This document shows, piece by piece, positions 57,641 through 64,000 of a stretch of 64,000 nt of DNA (the first letter of the stretch is position 1; every line of letters begins with the position of its first letter). The notes under the pieces are model-generated. The model worked only from the letters and a program-made list of their open reading frames with translations. It was not told the origin of the DNA and ran no database searches. The DNA lies in the IMG/VR virus record IMGVR_UViG_3300015214_000004, positions 10,839-74,838 of that record; one strand, given 5' to 3'. Position numbers and translations under genes: made by a program. The DNA comes from a virus (taxonomy: Duplodnaviria > Caudoviricetes).

Positions 57641-60430
57641 ATGAGAAAATTAATTACATATATAGTATTGTTAATTGGCTGTGCACTATATTCACAGCCT
57701 ATTGTCGTAGACCATCGTCATATAAAGTACTATGACGATATACCCCAGCAATACATAGATTCAATTAAAAAAAGATGGCTGAGTTATGCAGGGGAATCTC
57801 ATTCGCTTGGTTTACGGGTAGGTTTAGCTGCTTTGGAAGATTCAAATTCTGTTTACCAGGTCAATGTGAGAGAATCAGGCACACCCGAAACAGCCACATC
57901 TAATTATTTACGTGTTTCAAGGGCAACCTGGGGTGACCATGACAACAGCACCGGATGGATTTATTATTATGGGGAAGAAGATTGGTGGACAAACAGTGTT
58001 GCGGTTACAAGAACGAAATCAAGCATTGCATATTGTAATGACAATGGTTACCAATTAGATTATTTCGCATTTGGATGGTGTTGGGACCAGAGCGGTACCA
58101 ATGATGTTGGCGGAAGTTATGACCCTGTGTATTATACAAGATGGGCAGGTAGGAGCGTTGATGGACCTGACGGGAACCAACGATGGGGGCTTGACAGTGG
58201 GGACAGTATATTGACTGATAACCGGGTAAACATGAATACTTATTTGTCAGTGACAAGGGAATATATAGAATATTGTGAATCGAACGGATATCCAACAAAA
58301 GTATTTTTCACAACTGGTCCTGTTGACAACACAGCAGACCCTTTATTGGGTTATGCAACCGGGGAACGTGGATATCAGGGATATTTGAAATGGGAACATA
58401 TAAGGAATTATGTGGACACAACGGATTTTGCATTGTTTGATTTTGCGGACATACTCTCATATAACAATGCAGGTGTTCAGAACACAACCACATGGACAGA
58501 CAACAATGGCACATTGCAGACATTTCCGATTATTGCAGTTGAGAATAGAAATGACTTGTCTGATTACCATTATAGTTTGCAAGGAGCCGTGAAGCTGGCA
58601 AAAGGAATGTGGGTATTCCTTGCCATGATGGAAGGATGGGACACTACGTCAACGGAAAGCACAAGCGACACTACAAAATGGTATATGTCAAATACGGGTG
58701 ACAATAGTTATTCAGGGCATCATCCTGATTCAGCGATAAGGACAATTGCAGAATTGATTACCCGTGACATTGAGCCGGGAGATTCTATATTGTTTGAGGC
58801 TGGTGGGGTTTGGAGGGAGACATTACAAATATTATGGTCAGGCACACAAGGAAATCAAATAACTTTTTCAAGTTATGGAACAGGTAATAAACCAAAATTA
58901 TTAGGTTCAAACGTTGCTACTGACTGGACTGCACAAGGAACGGCGAATATATGGCAGACTGCTACATCACTTTCAAACAGGTCAACAGAATATTATCCGG
59001 GACGGTTGTGGTTCATTGAAAATGATTCAGTGATATGGGGTAGATATAGGGCATGGGGTACTGGTGATTTTAGCAATTTAACACAGGAATATGATTACAC
59101 AGTCAATGGTACTACACATTATGTCTATGCACCAACTGATCCTGACACAAGATATGATTCAATAGAGGTTAATCAACGTCAAAGATGTATAGCTGTGCCG
59201 GATGGTAGTTCAGAAAGTTATTTAACATTTGACGGACTTGAAATAAAATTTGCCCGTTTAGCTGGCTTTGATGCAGGATACCCTGCTTATAGGGGTGCTA
59301 CTGATTTATGTTTCAGAAATTGTGAAATTGGTTATATAGGGGCCACTCCTTCAAATTTTGCCTATGGAATAGCTGCCTGGCACAGTAATTTCCTTGCTGA
59401 GAACAATCTAATCACTGATTGTGGTAGAAGGGGGATTTCAATTAACCTTTATCTTGAAAGGGTTCCCGGGAGCCAACGGAACATCCAAAATATAATTGTC
59501 AGGGACAATATTTTCAAAAGGGGGTATCACACAACCGGTCTTGATTTTAGTAATCAGGCAACCGGAAATGACACACTTGAACACATTTATTTTTACAATA
59601 ATATCGTAGATGATTCAGAATTTAATTCTATCTGTACAAATTGTTATTCAAACCAGGTATTTTTCCAGAAAGGTGATAGCGTGAGTGTAATGAATGATAT
59701 TTATGTGATTGGAAACCTGTTTATTCATGCCTCTGCAAGGAATATTCTTTGTGAAGGCATAGACACAATTTATATTTCAAACAATACGATAATAGGGCAC
59801 AATCCAAATATTGCAGAGAATCCTTATAATAACGTTGGATTTAATTCTAATCAGGCAAATGTGTACTACAGGAACAATATTCTTTATGATAATCTTCCAA
59901 ATAACACAATGCAAAACCATGGTGTTTTCATTTATGATGCTTACACGGGTGTGTTTGAAGCAAAAGATTATAATTTATATTATTCTCTGTTCCCTGGTGC
60001 TGCATCTGATAACAGAAACTTCTCTGCTCATAGGGTTAACAGCAGTGGCGGTATGGGCTATTGGAACACAAATGAATGGAGTTCATATGTATCTACTAAT
60101 ACAGCATTTGAGCAAAATTCACCTTCACCGATAAATCCGTATTTTGTCAATTATAGCAATCATGATTATCATATAACTGACAGTTCAGCAGCTGACAGTG
60201 CAGGGGTTGTTCTTGATTATATAATTGTAACAGACTTATTTGGTGTTGTAGACACAATAAATAAATATGATCTTGATGGATTAGAGATTTCAAGGACTTA
60301 CCCGCCCATCGGAGCATATGCAACGGCAGGAAATGTAGATGGAGAAGAACCTACAGTGCCAGCAACTACGAAAAAAGTCAGGTATGGAAATATGTATATC
60401 AGATATAATGGTAAATTTATAGTTTATTAA
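57641..60430 (+). CDS. Signal-peptide-bearing tailspike-like protein with a right-handed beta-helix
   Basis: MRKLITYIVLLIGCALYS-Q; GDSILFEAG..WRE and Asn-ladder NN.I repeats of pectin-lyase-like beta-helices. Confidence 0.65.
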   Translation: MRKLITYIVLLIGCALYSQPIVVDHRHIKYYDDIPQQYIDSIKKRWLSYAGESHSLGLRVGLAALEDSNSVYQVNVRESGTPETATSNYLRVSRATWGDHDNSTGWIYYYGEEDWWTNSVAVTRTKSSIAYCNDNGYQLDYFAFGWCWDQSGTNDVGGSYDPVYYTRWAGRSVDGPDGNQRWGLDSGDSILTDNRVNMNTYLSVTREYIEYCESNGYPTKVFFTTGPVDNTADPLLGYATGERGYQGYLKWEHIRNYVDTTDFALFDFADILSYNNAGVQNTTTWTDNNGTLQTFPIIAVENRNDLSDYHYSLQGAVKLAKGMWVFLAMMEGWDTTSTESTSDTTKWYMSNTGDNSYSGHHPDSAIRTIAELITRDIEPGDSILFEAGGVWRETLQILWSGTQGNQITFSSYGTGNKPKLLGSNVATDWTAQGTANIWQTATSLSNRSTEYYPGRLWFIENDSVIWGRYRAWGTGDFSNLTQEYDYTVNGTTHYVYAPTDPDTRYDSIEVNQRQRCIAVPDGSSESYLTFDGLEIKFARLAGFDAGYPAYRGATDLCFRNCEIGYIGATPSNFAYGIAAWHSNFLAENNLITDCGRRGISINLYLERVPGSQRNIQNIIVRDNIFKRGYHTTGLDFSNQATGNDTLEHIYFYNNIVDDSEFNSICTNCYSNQVFFQKGDSVSVMNDIYVIGNLFIHASARNILCEGIDTIYISNNTIIGHNPNIAENPYNNVGFNSNQANVYYRNNILYDNLPNNTMQNHGVFIYDAYTGVFEAKDYNLYYSLFPGAASDNRNFSAHRVNSSGGMGYWNTNEWSSYVSTNTAFEQNSPSPINPYFVNYSNHDYHITDSSAADSAGVVLDYIIVTDLFGVVDTINKYDLDGLEISRTYPPIGAYATAGNVDGEEPTVPATTKKVRYGNMYIRYNGKFIVY

Positions 60431-60451
60431 ATAAATTTAAAATGAAAAAAG

Positions 60452-60757
60452 ATGAACACTGGCCATTGGATAACAATAGGAATGTTTGGGGTAACACAGT
60501 TAACAGCATTAATAATAACATATATCAATGTCCGGTTAAAGATAAAAGAACTTGAAATTAAAATAGAAAACATGAAACAGTCTATTCTTGATAAAGAAGA
60601 TTCTTTAAATGAAAAGATAAAGACAAATCAACATTCATTTCATATACATGAACAACAAAATGAACGGATGTTCGACAAGTATGAGAAAAAACTTGATGAT
60701 GTATACGATGTTGTAAGCGAGGTAAAGAATATTTTGATCAACAAAAATTTTAGTTAA
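60452..60757 (+). CDS. Single-TM coiled-coil protein (holin- or spanin-like)
   Basis: N-terminal TM segment then a coiled coil; directly before the endolysin. Confidence 0.5.
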   Translation: MNTGHWITIGMFGVTQLTALIITYINVRLKIKELEIKIENMKQSILDKEDSLNEKIKTNQHSFHIHEQQNERMFDKYEKKLDDVYDVVSEVKNILINKNFS

Positions 60758-61215
60758 TGAGGCCAATAAACAAAATAATAATCCACTGTGCAGCTACGCC
60801 GGAAGGAATGAACGTAGACGCTAAACTTATTGATAAGTGGCATAAAAAAAGAGGGTTTAAAAAGATAGGCTATCACTATTTTATCAAACTTGACGGGACA
60901 ATTGAAAGGGGCCGGCCGATTGAAGAAATGGGGTCGCATTGTTCAGGCCATAATTATGATTCGATAGGAATATGCTATGCCGGAGGGCTTGACAAAAACA
61001 AACAACCAAAAGATACGAGGACATCACAGCAAAAACAATCTTTTGAATATTGGATAAAAGCCCTTGTAGATACATATCCGTCAATCAAAGAAATCAAAGG
61101 GCACAGGGATTATTCTCCTGATAGAAACAAAGACGGCGAGATAAGCCCGGATGAATGGATTAAGGTTTGTCCATGTTTTGATGCTGAAAAAGAATATAAA
61201 CATTTATTGTCATGA
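60757..61215 (+). CDS. Endolysin, N-acetylmuramoyl-L-alanine amidase (Amidase_2, T7 lysozyme-like)
   Basis: IIIHCAAT, IGYHYFI, GICYAGG, GHRD, K.CPCFD zinc-binding motifs. Confidence 0.95.
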   Translation: MRPINKIIIHCAATPEGMNVDAKLIDKWHKKRGFKKIGYHYFIKLDGTIERGRPIEEMGSHCSGHNYDSIGICYAGGLDKNKQPKDTRTSQQKQSFEYWIKALVDTYPSIKEIKGHRDYSPDRNKDGEISPDEWIKVCPCFDAEKEYKHLLS

Positions 61216-61610
61216 GATCATTTATAATATTCATATTATTTACAGTCCAGATCGTCTTTCAAGCAAGATGGGAAGCTGAATTATTGTCACCGGGAACCAG
61301 TAACCATATATATCAAATTGTTCAATTATCATCAATAATATTGTTATTGATAGTTGTGGCAAAGTTTGAACACAACTGGAAACAGATAATGTATATTGGT
61401 ATTGGGTATCCATTGTTACGGTTCTGTTTGTTTGACTATATGATTAATTTCTTCCGTGGATTAAGTTGGAATTACGTTTCATCCGAAGAAAAAATAAAAG
61501 CATATTTAGGTGACAGTATCGCAGTATTAAAGATATCCGCTATGGCAATAGTTGTATATTGTATAATTGCATTTATTATTGAAGAAGAAAATAAAATGAA
61601 AAGAATATGA
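61212..61610 (+). CDS. Membrane protein
   Basis: About 4 hydrophobic segments. Confidence 0.55.
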   Translation: MRSFIIFILFTVQIVFQARWEAELLSPGTSNHIYQIVQLSSIILLLIVVAKFEHNWKQIMYIGIGYPLLRFCLFDYMINFFRGLSWNYVSSEEKIKAYLGDSIAVLKISAMAIVVYCIIAFIIEEENKMKRI

Positions 61611-62140
61611 AAACAAAAAAATATTTAATCGGTAGCCTTGTCCTGACAATCTTCTACCTAATATTGTGTTATGCGCAGTTCGGTATGGCTCCATCAATAA
61701 GCCATTATGCTATTGATTGGAGAGATACAAGCATGCAATATATGCCATTTGTATGGGTAACATCAATACTTGTTATGATAGGGGTATATTGTTTTGATGC
61801 AGGAAAATATGGGTGGATGTTGTTTACATCCATTTTGGTGTTGACGGGTATCGGGTATTTTACCGGATACAACCCTGAATTTATGAACAACAAAGTAGAG
61901 AATTTTATCCATGTTGCTTGTGTGTACATTTCAATACCTCTTGCATTGACATATATTATAATAAGTTCAAAGAGTAAAGGTTTATCTATATTGTTAACAA
62001 TTACATTTTTAATATTTACGGTTCTAATGTTAACATTTGAAGTAAAAAACCATACTACATACATTGAAGAATATTGCTTTGCGGTAATATATTTTTATTT
62101 GATATACCGGGATGATTTGAATATTATTAAAAGTGAATGA
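61607..62140 (+). CDS. Multi-pass membrane protein
   Basis: About 6 hydrophobic segments. Confidence 0.6.
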   Translation: MKTKKYLIGSLVLTIFYLILCYAQFGMAPSISHYAIDWRDTSMQYMPFVWVTSILVMIGVYCFDAGKYGWMLFTSILVLTGIGYFTGYNPEFMNNKVENFIHVACVYISIPLALTYIIISSKSKGLSILLTITFLIFTVLMLTFEVKNHTTYIEEYCFAVIYFYLIYRDDLNIIKSE

Positions 62141-62372
62141 CATGAAAGAATTTTGGATGTATACGGCTATTTTCTTTGCAGGGTCAACAGCAATATTGAC
62201 ATTAATAGTATTTGCACAGATGAAAAGGATGGGGAATGAGATAACAATAAGAAAGCAAGTACAAAGGAACAGAAGGTCTCCAAACAATAACCAGGAATAC
62301 CAGGCATCACAGGAAAATCAAAATAAAAAGAAAAGAAAATTGTTTAATTTAAAACGTAAAAAAAATGAATGA
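62133..62372 (+). CDS. Single-TM protein with a basic tail
   Basis: One TM segment and a Lys/Arg-rich C-terminus. Confidence 0.5.
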   Translation: MNDMKEFWMYTAIFFAGSTAILTLIVFAQMKRMGNEITIRKQVQRNRRSPNNNQEYQASQENQNKKKRKLFNLKRKKNE

Positions 62373-62631
62373 AATTTTAGCAAACGTTGATTTAGGCACG
62401 GTCTTAACTATAATATTGGCCGGGCTAACAACCTTTTTAGGTGTGTTCTGGAAAAAAGCAAAAACAAAGATTACTAAAGTAATTGATCTTGGAAGGCAAG
62501 CATTTGAATTAATGAATTCATTTGAAAATGCTATTGAAGATGATAAAGTAACAAAAGAAGAAATTGCCCAAATAAAAAAAGAGGCCGCTGATGTTAAGGC
62601 GGCTTGGAAAGCATTAGTACAAAAAGAATAA
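62365..62631 (+). CDS. Holin-like protein
   Basis: N-terminal TM followed by KK and an amphipathic helix; end of the lysis operon, terminator at 62664-62700. Confidence 0.5.
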   Translation: MNEILANVDLGTVLTIILAGLTTFLGVFWKKAKTKITKVIDLGRQAFELMNSFENAIEDDKVTKEEIAQIKKEAADVKAAWKALVQKE

Positions 62632-62724
62632 GGCAAGTAGTTTTTTGTTTTCATAATTTTTAATTTTCCCCCGGTTATGATATTTAACCGGGGTTTTTTA
62701 TTTTTATACAAAAAATTAAAACAT

Positions 62725-62895
62725 ATGGAACCGCATGATGAATTTAGAAATTTTATAATATTTGTCATAAAGAGACTGACAAGGATATTGTTTAAAATAG
62801 ACAGGAAGAAAGAATTCAACGAAGAAGAAATAATATTAATGGAAGGCATTTTCAATTTGTACCGTAAAGTATACGATAAAGAACGTGATTCATAG
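62725..62895 (+). CDS. Hypothetical protein
   Basis: ATG start downstream of the terminator; MEPHDEFRNF... Confidence 0.4.
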   Translation: MEPHDEFRNFIIFVIKRLTRILFKIDRKKEFNEEEIILMEGIFNLYRKVYDKERDS

Positions 62896-62946
62896 ATATA
62901 TGTAAAAAAATACATGATATTTAATTGAAATAAAATTCAAAAATAA

Positions 62947-62977
62947 TTTGTTTGAATTAAAATTTAATTTAAATTTG
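62947..62977 (+). promoter_or_regulatory. Host-type promoter upstream of the cassette-like genes
   Basis: TTTG (62947-62950), 19 nt spacer, TAAATTTG (62970-62977). Confidence 0.65.
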
Positions 62978-63020
62978 TCTTGGAAGAAATAAATAATGAA
63001 ATGGGGAAAAAATCAGAAAA

Positions 63021-63197
63021 ATGTCAATAGAAGCTGAAATACATGAATGTGAACAAGAAATTCGTTATCTGAATAAAGCTATGCAAGCCAGTCATAGATA
63101 TTATAATCATATTATGGCACAGAAGTATTTTAAAAGGAGAAACGAATTTCAAGATAGATTAAATGAACTAAAAAAATTAAAAAGAAGCGATGCGTAG
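63021..63197 (+). CDS. Hypothetical protein, 58 aa
   Basis: Manual ORF MSIEAEIHECEQEIRYL...DA ending GCG TAG just before element B. Confidence 0.55.
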   Translation: MSIEAEIHECEQEIRYLNKAMQASHRYYNHIMAQKYFKRRNEFQDRLNELKKLKRSDA

Positions 63198-63220
63198 GGT
63201 TGGCTTGTGGGAGGAATTGC

Positions 63221-63340
63221 GTGGAACGGTTAGTATATGAAGCGTTGCTTCACAAAACTTAAAAAATGAGATTAACTTATAAATTAAAATAAATGTTTAA
63301 CCAACGGTACACAGGCAATGCCTTATATACATTGTTATGC
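63221..63340. repeat. attC-like inverted-repeat element B
   Basis: GTGGAAC-GGTTA-GTATATGAAGCGTTGC ... GCAATGCCTTATATAC-ATT-GTTATGC. Confidence 0.7.
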
Positions 63341-63609
63341 ACCGTGCAATATTAAAAATTATGCCAACATTTGAAAATTATGAAATACAATTGTCTGATA
63401 AAATAGACATAGATTTTGAGGTATATTGCGGCACTTGCGGGGCTGGCTTATGTTCTGAAAGTGATACAAGGCAAAGTAGGAATAGGGGATATTTGCAAGT
63501 TACAGTAAATGTCTGCCCTGATTGCATGAAAGAAAAGGATGATGAAATAAAAGCACTTAAAGAACAAATAGAAGAACTTGAAAAATCGTTAGATGCTTGC
63601 GGTGCGTAG
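63337..63609 (+). CDS. Small zinc-binding coiled-coil protein (cassette gene; start possibly 63361)
   Basis: CGTC...LC and CPDC followed by a coiled coil; lies between elements B and C. Confidence 0.6.
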   Translation: MHRAILKIMPTFENYEIQLSDKIDIDFEVYCGTCGAGLCSESDTRQSRNRGYLQVTVNVCPDCMKEKDDEIKALKEQIEELEKSLDACGA

Positions 63610-63617
63610 GGCATGGT

Positions 63618-63747
63618 GCCTAACGGTGAGCGTATGAAATCGAAAGGGAGTTGAGAATACGCCTTTATCCCACGAGAAAAACGCCAATAGAAAGCAGAAC
63701 ACAACGCATACCGATACAACCCTTTTGTTTTATACGCTATGTTATGC
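63618..63747. repeat. attC-like inverted-repeat element C
   Basis: GCCTAAC-GGTGA-GCGTATGAAA ... TTTTATACGC-TAT-GTTATGC; RYYYAAC/GTTRRRY-like cores. Confidence 0.75.
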
Positions 63748-63791
63748 AATCGGCTTTTTAATTTAATTATTCATTAAAAACTTAAATAACA

Positions 63792-64000
63792 ATGAAAGTA
63801 TCTTTAAAAAAAGCGTTTTCAATCTTAGATGGTAGATTGTCAACTGAAATCGGTGATGTTTACGAAATGCTAAATTACATTTTTGATGCAAATTTCTTCA
63901 CTCACCAATTACCAACAGCGATGAGAACTTTACAGGAAAAAAATCCTGAATGGTTTCAAAATGGTGTAAATATCATAAACGATATTAAACGCACTAATAA
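63792..64000 (+). CDS. Hypothetical protein (partial, runs off the window)
   Basis: Open frame MKVSLKKAFSILDGRLSTEIGDVYEMLNYI... Confidence 0.55.
   Translation, partial: MKVSLKKAFSILDGRLSTEIGDVYEMLNYIFDANFFTHQLPTAMRTLQEKNPEWFQNGVNIINDIKRTN

Noticed and set aside
26207-60134. Numerous 60-200 aa minus-strand ORFs within the structural module
   Set aside because: All are antisense shadows of long plus-strand genes, with biased Phe/Ser/Ile composition and no motifs.
184-63609. Stop-codon reassignment as in some crAss-like phages
   Set aside because: Long genes are intact in the standard code, and TAA, TAG and TGA all end genes at tight overlaps.

Overview
A 64 kb stretch of a Bacteroidota phage genome with a crAss-like (Crassvirales-type) podovirus virion module, read in the standard genetic code. 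In order: recombination and accessory genes (RecT-like, Dam methylase); a short leftward operon; a non-coding zone containing a serine resolvase; DNA-metabolism genes (ASCH, Cas4-like nuclease, SSB, HNH); a non-coding RNA island; a glycosyltransferase/epimerase cluster; a TnpB-only IS200/IS605 element; terminase, portal, major capsid, ring, muzzle and cargo genes; four fibre-position genes; lysis genes; and small cassette-like genes. Four things stand out. (1) A self-contained operon (1753-4013) has five RNA units on a common stem scaffold, carrying circularly permuted tRNA bodies or isolated anticodon loops, ahead of a TROVE-like/vWA (DUF2828-type) gene. It is a candidate new Ro60/Y-RNA-like system. 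(2) A circularly permuted, two-piece, minimal tmRNA with a non-canonical tag lies at about 15607-15945. (3) Four consecutive fibre-position proteins carry Sec signal peptides and are strongly enriched in the Bacteroidota O-glycosylation sequon D-[ST]-[AILVMT], suggesting export and glycosylation. (4) attC-like inverted-repeat elements flank or enclose small genes. All product names come from motifs recognised by eye and counts are manual; no database searches were run.
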